From assembly GCA_038221545.1 (NCBI GenBank), contig JBBRIE010000001.1, forward strand, positions 1-49,818: a stretch of DNA of 49,818 nucleotides. The letters are read 5' to 3'. The DNA is from Lysobacterales bacterium. Lineage in GTDB: Bacteria > Pseudomonadota > Gammaproteobacteria > Xanthomonadales > Ahniellaceae. The notes beneath the pieces were generated by a model, which was not told the origin of the DNA, made no database searches, and was given only the letters and a program-made list of their open reading frames with translations. Below are positions 36,487-45,778 of the stretch, one piece after another. The translations under genes were made by a program, and so were the position numbers. Every line of letters starts with the position of its first letter. The stretch's first letter is position 1.

Positions 36487-37117
36487 CGCTGGCGGATGGC
36501 TGGCGTTCGCCTTCGCGATGCTGCTCGCCGGCGTGGCGCCCTTGCGTGCGGAGGATGCCTGGACTGCGCTCACGGAGCAGGAGCGCGCGGTGCTCTCGCC
36601 GTTCGCGGCGGAGTGGGCGACGCTGGACGGCCCGATGCGGGCACGCCTGCGGGTGCTCGCGGATCGCTGGAGTGGCATGCCGGACTCCAGGCGCGCAGCA
36701 GAGATGCAGAAGTTCCGGCGCTGGCAGGCGTTGCCCCCCGCGCAGCGTGAACTGCTGCGCGACCGTCATCGCGCGTTCCAGCAACTCGACCAGGCCGAGC
36801 GTGCCCGGGTGCGCGACGAGTACCGCCACTGGCGGCAGATGTCGCCGCGGGAGCGTCGGGCGATGCGCGGCGCGACCGGGTCGATGCCGGCGCCGTGGCG
36901 AGCCGCTGTGGACGGAATGGATCCTGCATCGCGGCAGCGGTTGCGCGCCGTGATCGCGGAGTTGCCGCCGGACGCGCGGTTCACGTTGCAGCGTCACCTG
37001 CGCGCCGCCGGGCCCGAGGCCGCGGGAGATGCACTGCGCGGATTGCTCGAGCAACCCGCCGCTGCGCGGGTCGACTACATCGCGCGCCTGCCGGATCGCG
37101 TCGAGGCGCCGCGCTGA
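36473..37117 (+). CDS. DUF3106-like periplasmic repeat protein
   Basis: It has a signal peptide, then repeated W..L.P..R helices (WTALTEQERAVL, FRRWQALPPAQRELL, YRHWRQMSPRERRAM). It overlaps the previous gene by 14 nt. Confidence 0.65.
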   Translation: MRSCNAGGWLAFAFAMLLAGVAPLRAEDAWTALTEQERAVLSPFAAEWATLDGPMRARLRVLADRWSGMPDSRRAAEMQKFRRWQALPPAQRELLRDRHRAFQQLDQAERARVRDEYRHWRQMSPRERRAMRGATGSMPAPWRAAVDGMDPASRQRLRAVIAELPPDARFTLQRHLRAAGPEAAGDALRGLLEQPAAARVDYIARLPDRVEAPR

Positions 37118-37121
37118 CGGC

Positions 37122-37451
37122 TCATTCGACCGCCTCGAGCACGCGCCGGGTTGCAGTGAACGACTCGCCGAAGCGTGCGTGGCCCGCAGCGCGCAGGCGC
37201 TGGGCATGCTCCGCCAGGTAGTGGTCGAGCGCGGCGCGGTCGCGCAGCTGGTAGTGGACCGTCCAGTGCAGGTTTGCGCCCCTGTCGCGGCCGTCCGCTG
37301 CCCTCGAGTCGGGGTCGGCATCGCGGCGATAGCGCGCGACGCCCAGGAAACCCGGCAGGGCGAGGATCTCGGCGATGTGCGCTTCGAGCCACACGGCGAA
37401 GTCGTCCGCGATCCCGGGATCGACGTCGATGTTGACCTCGTACACGATCAC
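37122..37451 (-). CDS. Small DUF4286-like protein
   Basis: The GTG start at 37451 overlaps the upstream stop (GTGA). The sequence is (M)IVYEVNIDVDPGIADDFAVWLEAHIAEILALPGF..., 109 aa. The track ORF 37122..37946 is over-extended. Confidence 0.55.
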   Translation of the reverse strand: MIVYEVNIDVDPGIADDFAVWLEAHIAEILALPGFLGVARYRRDADPDSRAADGRDRGANLHWTVHYQLRDRAALDHYLAEHAQRLRAAGHARFGESFTATRRVLEAVE

Positions 37452-38773
37452 ATCAGCACCAGGCTCAGCGCCAGCGCGACCGTGGCGCCGCACGCGAGCA
37501 GGACCAGATATGCGATGCCGAGCACGAAGAACTTGAGCAGCGTCATGATCCAGCCCTGACCGTACACGCGCTTCTGCATCAGCATCAGGTACAGCGGCAG
37601 CCAGATCCAGAGCGCCGCGATCGAAAAGTTGAGGATCGTCTTTAGGGTGCCCGCGGCGAGCGCCTCGCCCAGCGCATACACGCAAATGATGAGGATCAGC
37701 CACATCGCGATGAAGGCGTGGCTGTGCAGCGCCACGATCATGTGCTCCATGTACAGACGGCGCTTGAAGACGTAGAACAGCTTGAGCAGCACCGCGAACA
37801 GCGGCAGCAGCACGAACAGTGTCTGCGGGGCCACGCTGAAGAACGCCTCGGCAAGCAGCCTCGGGTTGTCGCGGATGCGGTCGCCGTTGTCGTACGCGCG
37901 ACGGCCCCAGGCGCTGAGGGCCTCGTTGGCGAAGTCGGGCAGCCACGCGATCGTGACCGGCGTCTTGTGCGGATCCCAGTTGCCGAACTGCACGCCATTG
38001 CGACGCGACTTCGGCTCCGGCGGCACGGGCTGGCCCGCCTTGAGCGCCGCGTCACGGGCTCGCAGCCACTCGATCCTCGCGTCGGCAATCTCGCGCACCT
38101 CGTCCTCGGCGGCCTCGAGGCCGACGCCGACGCCGACGCCGACGCCGGGCACGTTGGCGGCTTCCTCGCGGGCAGTGGCAAGCTCCGCCAGTGCCGCGTC
38201 GCGCGCGGCGGTGGCCGCTTCGACGGTGTTTGCCCGCGTGAAGTCGGCGGCGCGGCGCTTGCGCTGCTTGCGCGCGTCATCGTCGTCGCGCTCGCCCACG
38301 CCCACGGCGATCACGTCCTCGTCGCCATCTGCCTCGACGGCGTTCTCAACGTCGAGCGCGAGGTTCGACACGAAGAACGCGATGAGGACCAGGAACACGA
38401 ACATCCGCACCGGCGTCACGTAGCGCACGCGCCGGCCCGCGAAATATTCGCGCGTCAGGAAACCGGGCCGGAAGAACAGCGGGCCCAGCGTCTGCAGCGT
38501 GCGCGAATCGAGGTTGAACACGGAGTCGAGGAAGTCGCCGACCACGCTGCTGAAGTGCCGCACCAGGCCGCGCACCGGTTGGCCGCAGCGATAGCAATGG
38601 TCGCCCAGCAGCTCCGCGCCGCAATTGCCGCAGAGCGGCGCGTAGCCGTCCTGCGGTGTCGCGCCCTTGCCGAGCGCGGGGCCGGTCGGCACGCGCGGTG
38701 CCACGGCATCGCCGAGCGGAGCGGCGGGTTCGCCGCCAGGCGTGACCGGGTCGGCAGGCTCCACGTTGCTCAC
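37448..38773 (-). CDS. DUF3667-like zinc-ribbon membrane protein
   Basis: The GTG start at 38773 overlaps the upstream stop (GTGA). It has CGNCGAELLGDHCYRCGQ, followed by a TM segment, a charged coiled region and four to five C-terminal TM segments. Confidence 0.65.
   Translation of the reverse strand: MSNVEPADPVTPGGEPAAPLGDAVAPRVPTGPALGKGATPQDGYAPLCGNCGAELLGDHCYRCGQPVRGLVRHFSSVVGDFLDSVFNLDSRTLQTLGPLFFRPGFLTREYFAGRRVRYVTPVRMFVFLVLIAFFVSNLALDVENAVEADGDEDVIAVGVGERDDDDARKQRKRRAADFTRANTVEAATAARDAALAELATAREEAANVPGVGVGVGVGLEAAEDEVREIADARIEWLRARDAALKAGQPVPPEPKSRRNGVQFGNWDPHKTPVTIAWLPDFANEALSAWGRRAYDNGDRIRDNPRLLAEAFFSVAPQTLFVLLPLFAVLLKLFYVFKRRLYMEHMIVALHSHAFIAMWLILIICVYALGEALAAGTLKTILNFSIAALWIWLPLYLMLMQKRVYGQGWIMTLLKFFVLGIAYLVLLACGATVALALSLVLM
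38120..38146. repeat. Hexanucleotide tandem repeat (GCCGAC) x4.5 inside the DUF3667-like gene
   Basis: GCCGACGCCGACGCCGACGCCGACGCC encodes PGVGVGVGVGL on the minus strand. It is in frame. Confidence 0.8.
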
Positions 38774-39780
38774 GCCGCGGCCCCGACCGGTTGCAGGTAG
38801 CCGGTGGATCGCATCCAGCCGAGCGTATCGTCGACCAGTCGTGAGAGCTTGACGATGCGGAAGTCGAGTTCGCCGATCGCCTTGCTGGAATCCACGCGCA
38901 GGTCGTGGCAGATGAGCGCCGCGCCCTCTGGCGTCAGTCGCGGTTCGCGGCGCGTGACGAGGCTCCAGAGATCCTGCACGCGCGCGACCGCATGCAGCAG
39001 GTTGGGCGACATCGCCTTCGCCGGCACGCGTCGGCCGAGCCGGCGCGCAGCCAACGTGAGCAGGTGCATGAACGAGGCGTGCTCGCCGCCGAGCAGATAG
39101 CACTCGCCGAAGCGCTGTCGCTCCCAGGCGCGAACGTGCGCAAGCGCCACTTCGCGCACGTCGGCGAACGGCCCCGAGCCCGGCGGCACGCCGGGCAGCG
39201 AATCCTGCTCGATCATGCGGAACATGCGCGACCAATTCTGCGTGTCGCCGGGGCCGAGCAGGTGCGAGGGGTAGGTCACGATCACCTTGAGGCCGTGGTC
39301 GTCCGCCGCCGCCCACACGAGTTCCTCGGCCAGTGCCTTGGTGCGTGCGTAGTTGATGCTCGATCCGGTGGTCACGAGCGGCGCGTCGTCGCGCAGCATC
39401 TGGTTGTTGCCGACGCCGAGCGCGGAAACCGACGAGGTGTGGACGAACTCCGCCACCTGGTATCGCCTGGCTGCCTCCAGCACGATGCGCGTGCCCTCGA
39501 CGTTGACGAGCGTCTGCCGCGCGTTGCGCTGCCGCCAGACGTTGGTGTCGGCGGCAATATGGAAAATGACATCCGCGCCGCGCGCAACCGCGAGGTCGAT
39601 GCTGGCGGCGTCCGTGACATCACCCGGCAGCGGCACCGCGCCGAGGTTGCGCAGCACCTGCGCCTGGGCCGGCTGGCGGAACAACGCGTTCACCACCACG
39701 CCGCGCGCCACCAGTTCGCGCACCACGTGTCGTCCAAGGAACCCCGTGGCGCCCGTGACCAGCGCCGTGCTCTTGCCCAT
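38770..39780 (-). CDS. NAD(P)-dependent epimerase/dehydratase (extended SDR, dihydroflavonol-reductase-like)
   Basis: The start is at MGKSTALVTGATGFLGRHV (ATG at 39780). YARTK provides the YxxxK motif. The track ORF to 40665 is over-extended. Confidence 0.85.
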   Translation of the reverse strand: MGKSTALVTGATGFLGRHVVRELVARGVVVNALFRQPAQAQVLRNLGAVPLPGDVTDAASIDLAVARGADVIFHIAADTNVWRQRNARQTLVNVEGTRIVLEAARRYQVAEFVHTSSVSALGVGNNQMLRDDAPLVTTGSSINYARTKALAEELVWAAADDHGLKVIVTYPSHLLGPGDTQNWSRMFRMIEQDSLPGVPPGSGPFADVREVALAHVRAWERQRFGECYLLGGEHASFMHLLTLAARRLGRRVPAKAMSPNLLHAVARVQDLWSLVTRREPRLTPEGAALICHDLRVDSSKAIGELDFRIVKLSRLVDDTLGWMRSTGYLQPVGAAA

Positions 39781-39822
39781 GCGTCCGCTCCACTCTTTCC
39801 CGGTCGCTAAGATACGCCGTTC

Positions 39823-41205
39823 ATGTCCCTCGCTGCGCCCCCCTCCCCCACACGATTGCGCACCGAGGTGCTGGCGACTTTCTGGCTGGCGCTGCCGATC
39901 GTCGGTGGACAATTGCTCAGCGTCGCGATGAACGTCGCCGACACCCTGCTCGCCGGCCATCTCTCGACGCGCGTGCTCGCAGCGGTCGCGATGGGTTACC
40001 AGATCTGGGTACTGGCGCTGCTCGCGGTGCTCGGCCTGATGCTGGCGTTGACGCCGACGGTGGCGCAACTCGACGGCGGCGGACGGCGGGCCGAAGCGGG
40101 CGCGGTCTTCCGACAGGCGCTGTGGCTGGCAATGCTGCTCGGGGTGGTGCTGTTCGCGGCGATACGGGCCTCGCGACCGCTCCTCGATGCGTTCGGCGTC
40201 GATGCCGAGATCGTGCCGGAAGCCGTGGCATTCCTCGACGCGATGGCCTGGGGCACGTTCCCGCTCGCGATCTTCTTCGCCTGCCGCTACTTCAGCGAGG
40301 GCCTTTCGCTGACCAGACCCGCGATGTATTTCGGCATCGTCGGCCTGGCCGCACTGGTGCCGCTGGCATGGGCGCTGATGTACGGCCGCCTCGGCCTGCC
40401 GGCACTCGGCGCGCGCGGCGCGGGCATCGCGCACGCGGCGGTGCTGTGGCTGCAGGCGATCGCGTTTCTCGTGTACATCGCGCGTCGCCGCCACTACCGC
40501 GACGCGCACCCGTTCGCGCGCTTCGACGCGCCCGATTTTCCCGCGCTCGGCGCACTCATGCGCATTGGCCTGCCCATGGGCATCGCGATCCTCATGGAGG
40601 GCGGCCTGTTCGTGTCGACCGCACTGCTCGCGGGATCGCTCGGCACCCTGGCGGCCGGCGCGCACCAGATCGCGATCAACGTGGCGTCGATCGCCTTCAT
40701 GCTGCCGCTCGGCATCGGCATGGCAACCACGGTACGCATCGGCAACGCGGTTGGTCGCGGTGATCCTGAGGGCATCGCCTGGGCCGCACGCGCGGGCATC
40801 GCGATCACGCTGGCGACGCAGGCGGTGTCGGCGGCCCTGCTCGTCGCGCTACCCGCGCTCATCGTCGCTGCCTACACCCGGGACGCCGGTGTCGCGGAGC
40901 TTGCGATCGCGTTGCTCTGGCTCGCCGCGATCTTCCAGTTCGCCGACGGCCTGCAGGCTTTCTTCAACGGTGCGCTGCGCGGCCTCAAGGACACGCTGGT
41001 GCCGATGGTGATCACGATCGTTGCGTACTGGGGCGTCGGTTTCGGGCTCGGCTGGTGGCTCGGCATCGCGCGCGGCGGTGGCGTGCGTGGGCTCTGGATC
41101 GGGCTCATTGCCGGACTGACGGTCGCGGCGATCGGCCTTGGATGGCGCTTCGCGAGCCAGCTGCGCCTGCGTCTTGGCAGTCCGTCCGACGCCGCGCACG
41201 CCTGA
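39823..41205 (+). CDS. MATE-family efflux transporter
   Basis: 460 aa with 12 predicted TM segments. The N-terminal LALPIVGGQLLSVAMNVADTLLAGHLS is typical of NorM/MATE. It lies only 42 bp from the divergent SDR gene. Confidence 0.9.
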   Translation: MSLAAPPSPTRLRTEVLATFWLALPIVGGQLLSVAMNVADTLLAGHLSTRVLAAVAMGYQIWVLALLAVLGLMLALTPTVAQLDGGGRRAEAGAVFRQALWLAMLLGVVLFAAIRASRPLLDAFGVDAEIVPEAVAFLDAMAWGTFPLAIFFACRYFSEGLSLTRPAMYFGIVGLAALVPLAWALMYGRLGLPALGARGAGIAHAAVLWLQAIAFLVYIARRRHYRDAHPFARFDAPDFPALGALMRIGLPMGIAILMEGGLFVSTALLAGSLGTLAAGAHQIAINVASIAFMLPLGIGMATTVRIGNAVGRGDPEGIAWAARAGIAITLATQAVSAALLVALPALIVAAYTRDAGVAELAIALLWLAAIFQFADGLQAFFNGALRGLKDTLVPMVITIVAYWGVGFGLGWWLGIARGGGVRGLWIGLIAGLTVAAIGLGWRFASQLRLRLGSPSDAAHA

Positions 41206-41336
41206 ACCCTGGCGCGGGCGGTCCGTTATGCTCCGCGCCGCGTTGCCGCAGCGGCCATGAGTCAGGGTGACCTTTGAACGATGCCGGCCGGCCCCATACC
41301 CGCTAGCCTCGCCCCATTCCCCGTAGCGAATCCTCG

Positions 41337-43211
41337 ATGAACACTGCAGTCGACGCGCCACCGCGCAAGTTGTTTTTCCCCTTCCGCGTGATCCGTGGCT
41401 TCTGGCGCGGGCTCGACTTCTCGCGCCGGGTCGTGTTCAACATCATCTTCCTGCTCATCGTGCTGGCGATTCTCGCGGCGATCGGCAAGGACGCGGCTCC
41501 CGTGGTCGAGAAGACCGCGCTGGTGGTCAATCCCGAAGGCGCGATCGTCGAGCAGTACACCGTCGACCCTGCCTCGCGCATGCTCGCGAAGGCACTTGGC
41601 GAGGAGACCGGCGAGGTGCAGCTGCGCGACATCGTGCGCGCCATCGACGTGGCGGCGAAGGACGGCAACATCACGCGCCTGGTCATCATCCCCGACGGCA
41701 TCCTCAGCGTCGGCATGGCGCAGCTGCATGAGATCTCCGCCGCGATCGGCCGCTTCCGCGCCACCGGCAAACCGGTCATCGCCTTCTCCGAGGGCATGGA
41801 GCAGAAGGGCTATTTCCTCGCCGCCCAGGCCGACAAGGTCTACCTCGATCCCGACGGCGGCATGATCCTGCAGGGACTCGAGCGCTATCGCACCTATTTC
41901 AAGGATGGCCTCGAAAAGCTGGGCATCGAGATGAAGCTGTTCCGCGTCGGCGAGTTCAAGTCCGCGGGCGAGCCGTACATCCTGAATGCGCAGTCTGCGG
42001 AAGCGCGCGAAGCCGATCTCTACTGGATGAATGATTTGTGGCAACGCTACCTTGTGGAGGTCGGCGCCCGCCGCAAGCTCTCGCCCGCGGCCATGACCGC
42101 CCAGATCGAGAATGCGGTCGAGGGCCTCAAGGCCGTGGACGGCGACCTCGCGAAGTTCGCGCTCGCGAACCGCTGGGTCGACGCGCTCAAGACGCGTGAC
42201 GAGTTTCGCAAGGAGCTGATGGCCGCCGGCGCGCGCGACGAGCGGGAAGACACGTTCCGACAGGTGCATTTCCAGCGCTATGCCGACCAGGCCGCGGCGC
42301 TCGACTTGACCAGGGGCGGCGACGGCGTCGCGGTGGTCGTGGCGCAGGGCGAGATCGTCTACGGCGAGCAGCCTCCGGGGCTGGTCGGTGGCGAGTCGGT
42401 TGCCAAGCTGATCGAGGAGGCGCGTGAAGACGAACACGTCAAGGCGCTGGTGCTGCGCGTCGATTCGCCCGGCGGTGGCGTGTTCCCGTCCGAGCAGATC
42501 CGGCGGCAGGTCGTCCTGACCAGGGCGGCCGGCAAACCGGTGATCGTCTCGATGGGCAACGTGGCGGCGTCGGGCGGCTACTGGATCAGCATGAATGCAG
42601 ACCAGATCATTGCGGACCCGAGCACCATCACCGGGTCGATCGGCATCTTCGGCCTGATCCCGAACGCCGTCGGCACCATGGAGAAACTGGGGCTCAACAC
42701 CGATGGTGTCGGCACCACGTGGCTCGCCGGCGCCGGCGATCCGACGCAGCCGTGGGATCCGAGAGTCGGCGAACTCATCCAGTCCATCATCAACAACGGC
42801 TACGCGAAGTTCATCGACAATGTCGCCGACGCCCGCAAGAAGCCGGTCGCCGCGGTCGACGAAGTCGCGCGCGGGCGCGTCTGGAGCGGCGAGCAGGCAC
42901 GCGCGCGCGGACTGGTCGACCGCATGGGCACCTTGCGCGAAGCGATCGCGCTCGCCGGCGAACGCGCCAAGCTCGGCGCCGACTTCCCGGTGCGTTACGT
43001 CGAGAAGCAGCTTTCGCCGTTCGAACGCTTTGTCACCGGTTGGGGAACGTCGCGCATCGGCGCCTTCATCGCGGGCAGGATGATCGGCCCCGAAGCCGCG
43101 TTCCTGCCGGAACGCCAGCGCGCAGAACTCGCGGGACTGTTGCGCATGGCCGAACGGGCGCAATCCACGCGCGGCGTTTCACTGATCGCGCATTGCGAGT
43201 GCACGCTGTAG
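41337..43211 (+). CDS. sppA: Signal peptide peptidase SppA, 67K type (tandem S49 domains)
   Basis: 624 aa with an N-terminal TM segment. VLRVDSPGGGV and SMGNVAASGGYWIS give the catalytic Ser context. The duplicated domain architecture is present. Confidence 0.9.
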   Translation: MNTAVDAPPRKLFFPFRVIRGFWRGLDFSRRVVFNIIFLLIVLAILAAIGKDAAPVVEKTALVVNPEGAIVEQYTVDPASRMLAKALGEETGEVQLRDIVRAIDVAAKDGNITRLVIIPDGILSVGMAQLHEISAAIGRFRATGKPVIAFSEGMEQKGYFLAAQADKVYLDPDGGMILQGLERYRTYFKDGLEKLGIEMKLFRVGEFKSAGEPYILNAQSAEAREADLYWMNDLWQRYLVEVGARRKLSPAAMTAQIENAVEGLKAVDGDLAKFALANRWVDALKTRDEFRKELMAAGARDEREDTFRQVHFQRYADQAAALDLTRGGDGVAVVVAQGEIVYGEQPPGLVGGESVAKLIEEAREDEHVKALVLRVDSPGGGVFPSEQIRRQVVLTRAAGKPVIVSMGNVAASGGYWISMNADQIIADPSTITGSIGIFGLIPNAVGTMEKLGLNTDGVGTTWLAGAGDPTQPWDPRVGELIQSIINNGYAKFIDNVADARKKPVAAVDEVARGRVWSGEQARARGLVDRMGTLREAIALAGERAKLGADFPVRYVEKQLSPFERFVTGWGTSRIGAFIAGRMIGPEAAFLPERQRAELAGLLRMAERAQSTRGVSLIAHCECTL

Positions 43212-43270
43212 GGCGCACCAGATCCTGAGGCCGGCGCCGCGCTGCTCGCATGCCCGCGCAATCGCTTGTG

Positions 43271-43300
43271 GCCGTCACGCACTGCGTGACGGCTTTTCTT
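43271..43300 (+). terminator. Intrinsic terminator of sppA
   Basis: GCCGTCACGC-ACT-GCGTGACGGC is a perfect 10-bp stem, followed by TTTTCTT. It touches the stop codon of the convergent gene. Confidence 0.65.
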
Positions 43301-44667
43301 CATGCGGGTCTGGCTGGCCGGACCAACATCGCGCCCGCCAGCAAGAGGGTGGCCAGCAGCCACTTCAACGATGGCGACAGCGGCACCGCTGCAGCGAACG
43401 GCGCGCCGCCCGACGAATAGCTGCCCAGGTCGCGGAGATAGACATCCACTCCCTCGCCGTTGGCGTCGCTGGCAACGAGGTTGGTCCCGAACGAGTGGAA
43501 GCCGACGAAGCGACCGTCGCCCGAGATCGTCGGGCTCAGTTCGGGCAGCCGGATGCTGCCGGGGAAGCAGCCGGAGGGCGTCACCGTTTCGCAAAGGTCG
43601 GAAGTCGATCCCATGCTCGCAGGCACGCCTTCGTCGTTCTGCGAGACAAGGGTGAACTGCCGCGTCGAGGTGTCGTACACGAATGCGTGCGGCGCAATGC
43701 TCGTCTGGCCGGGGAAGGCGCCGCGAATCGCGATGCGGGTTCCGTCATCGGACAGGTGCGGCGAATCGCCGTACCAGGGATTCCCCTGCGCGTCGCGCAG
43801 CGCGTCGGAGCGCTGCTGGTCGACGTAATGGATGATCGGTGCGTATTCACCGGCACCCTGTACGAGATTGGTCGCATACGATTCGTACACCAGCACGCTG
43901 CCATCCCGGTTGAGACTGGGTCGCGCGAGGCGGCCATTCGAGAAGCCTCCATCGAGCGCCCTGCTCACGAGCCGGGTCCGCCCGGTATCGATGTCGAACA
44001 CGTACATCTGGTTCCAGACGACCGTGTCGGGCACGTCGGGCTGTCGGCCGATGAAAGCGACTCGACGCCCGTCTCCGGAGAGCGCGAAATCCCCTGGGCG
44101 GCCGAGCAGCACCGATTCGCCAGTGGCGAGGTCGTACAGGCGAAGTTCGGGGTTCGGCCTACCGACGAGCATCGCCACGCGCCTGCCGGAGTCGTCCACG
44201 CGGGGCACGAAGGCTTCGGTGGCGGCGCTCGGCCCGATCAGCCGTACCTGGCCCTGTTGCCGATCGAGGAAGTAGACGCGGGCTCGCGCAGTGCTGGCGA
44301 CCGGATCGATGTTGCATGCGTACGAGGAAAACACGACGTAACGCGCATCCGCACTCATGTCGGCGGCGGCCGACCCGCCATACGCGCCGGCACACGCTGC
44401 GGGCTCGCCGGCATGGTTGCGCGTGACCAGTTCAGTGGTCCCCGCCTGGCGGTCGCGCAGGTACCAGCCCTCGGGATCGTTGGCGGAGCCGCCCTGACCC
44501 GTCCAGTGGTTCTGGAACAGTACGAAGCGTCCGTTGGAGGAGACGACCGCCTGGGTGGCCCGGTCCGCCTGGATGCCGGCACGGGAGATGCTCACCAGTT
44601 CGGTGGACTGCGCATGCGCGGCCGCGACTGCGCACAGGGTCAACGCAATGCCGCACAGTCGCAGCAC
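43300..44667 (-). CDS. Secreted PD40/TolB-like beta-propeller protein with C-terminal hydrophobic anchor
   Basis: The GTG start at 44667 gives the signal peptide (M)LRLCGIALTLCAVAAAHAQS. Repeated S.DGR.V.F motifs occur (SSNGRFVLF, SADARYVVFSS, SGDGRRVAFIG, NRDGSVLVYES, SDDGTRIAI, SGDGRFVGFHS). The C-terminus is VPLSPSLKWLLATLLLAGAMLVRPARPA. Confidence 0.7.
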   Translation of the reverse strand: MLRLCGIALTLCAVAAAHAQSTELVSISRAGIQADRATQAVVSSNGRFVLFQNHWTGQGGSANDPEGWYLRDRQAGTTELVTRNHAGEPAACAGAYGGSAAADMSADARYVVFSSYACNIDPVASTARARVYFLDRQQGQVRLIGPSAATEAFVPRVDDSGRRVAMLVGRPNPELRLYDLATGESVLLGRPGDFALSGDGRRVAFIGRQPDVPDTVVWNQMYVFDIDTGRTRLVSRALDGGFSNGRLARPSLNRDGSVLVYESYATNLVQGAGEYAPIIHYVDQQRSDALRDAQGNPWYGDSPHLSDDGTRIAIRGAFPGQTSIAPHAFVYDTSTRQFTLVSQNDEGVPASMGSTSDLCETVTPSGCFPGSIRLPELSPTISGDGRFVGFHSFGTNLVASDANGEGVDVYLRDLGSYSSGGAPFAAAVPLSPSLKWLLATLLLAGAMLVRPARPA

Positions 44668-44668
44668 G

Positions 44669-44881
44669 TCAGCCGCCCTCCGCTTCCTCGAGGGCCGCGT
44701 CGGCGCGGTCCTTCGTGGCCTGCAGGGTGGCTTCGACCGATTTCGCCCTCTCGATCGCGCGCAACTGGTCGTCGAGGATCGTGGCCTGCGGCGTGGGCGG
44801 CGCAGGCGGCGGCGGGGCATCCGCGCTGCATGAGGCGAGCGCGACCAGTGCGGCGGCACCGGTCAGTATACGACTGGACAT
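44669..44881 (-). CDS. Small lipoprotein
   Basis: MSSRILTGAAALVALASC carries the lipobox LASC. A proline-rich linker and a helical segment follow. The stop lies 1 nt before the next gene's start. Confidence 0.5.
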   Translation of the reverse strand: MSSRILTGAAALVALASCSADAPPPPAPPTPQATILDDQLRAIERAKSVEATLQATKDRADAALEEAEGG

Positions 44882-44974
44882 GGCGCGCTCCGTGGCGTGA
44901 TCCCGGCGCAGATCGCCGCGCGCTTGTCGCACGGCGCCTGTTGCTGACTATCCTAGCGCCGGCGCGACGAAGGC

Positions 44975-45766
44975 ATGGCGGGTACGGCGATGAACGATGA
45001 CCGGTGGCGACTCGACGGCCGTGCGGCGCTGGTCACCGGCGCGAGCCGCGGTATTGGCCTTGCCTGCGCGCGCGGGCTTCTCGAGCGCGGCGCGGACGTG
45101 CTGATGACGGCGCGCGACGATGCGCATCTCGACGCCGTCGCCGAGGAGTTGCGCGAGACCTTCGGACATGCGCGCGTGCATGCGCTCGGCGCGGACGCGA
45201 CGCTGCCCGAACAGCGACTCGAGATCTTCGACTGGGTCGACGACCTCGACGTATCGCTCTCGCTGCTGGTCAACAACGTCGGCAACAACGAGCGGCGGCG
45301 CGCACTCGACTACGACGCGGCGTCGATGCACGAACTGTTCGATGTCAACCTGGTCAGCGCATTCGAGGTCTCCCGCCTGGCGCAGCCGCGGCTGGCGGCG
45401 CATGCGCAGGGCGCGATCGTCAACATCGCCTCGGTCTCCGGACTGACGCACGTGCGCACGGGCGCGGCCTACGGCGCCGCCAAGGCGGCGCTGGTCCAGT
45501 TGACGCGCAACCTGGCCTGCGAATGGGCGAGCGACGGCATTCGCGTCAACGCCGTTGCGCCCTGGTACATCCGCACGCAGCGCACGGCGAGCGCGCTGGC
45601 CGACGCCGACTATCTCGACGAGGTGCTCGCGCGCACTCCGCTCGCGCGCATCGGCGAGCCCGATGAAGTCGCCGCCGCGGCGGTGTTCCTGTGCCTGCCC
45701 GCGTCGGCCTACATCACCGGCCAGTGCCTCGCGGTCGACGGGGGCTTCACCGCGTTCGGGTTCTAG
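44975..45766 (+). CDS. Classical SDR oxidoreductase (tropinone-reductase-like)
   Basis: It has [12 protein letters not shown], and YGAAKAA (YxxxK). ATG 44990 (MNDDRWRL) is an alternative start. Confidence 0.88.
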   Translation: MAGTAMNDDRWRLDGRAALVTGASRGIGLACARGLLERGADVLMTARDDAHLDAVAEELRETFGHARVHALGADATLPEQRLEIFDWVDDLDVSLSLLVNNVGNNERRRALDYDAASMHELFDVNLVSAFEVSRLAQPRLAAHAQGAIVNIASVSGLTHVRTGAAYGAAKAALVQLTRNLACEWASDGIRVNAVAPWYIRTQRTASALADADYLDEVLARTPLARIGEPDEVAAAAVFLCLPASAYITGQCLAVDGGFTAFGF

Positions 45767-45778
45767 TGCCGAGCGCGG

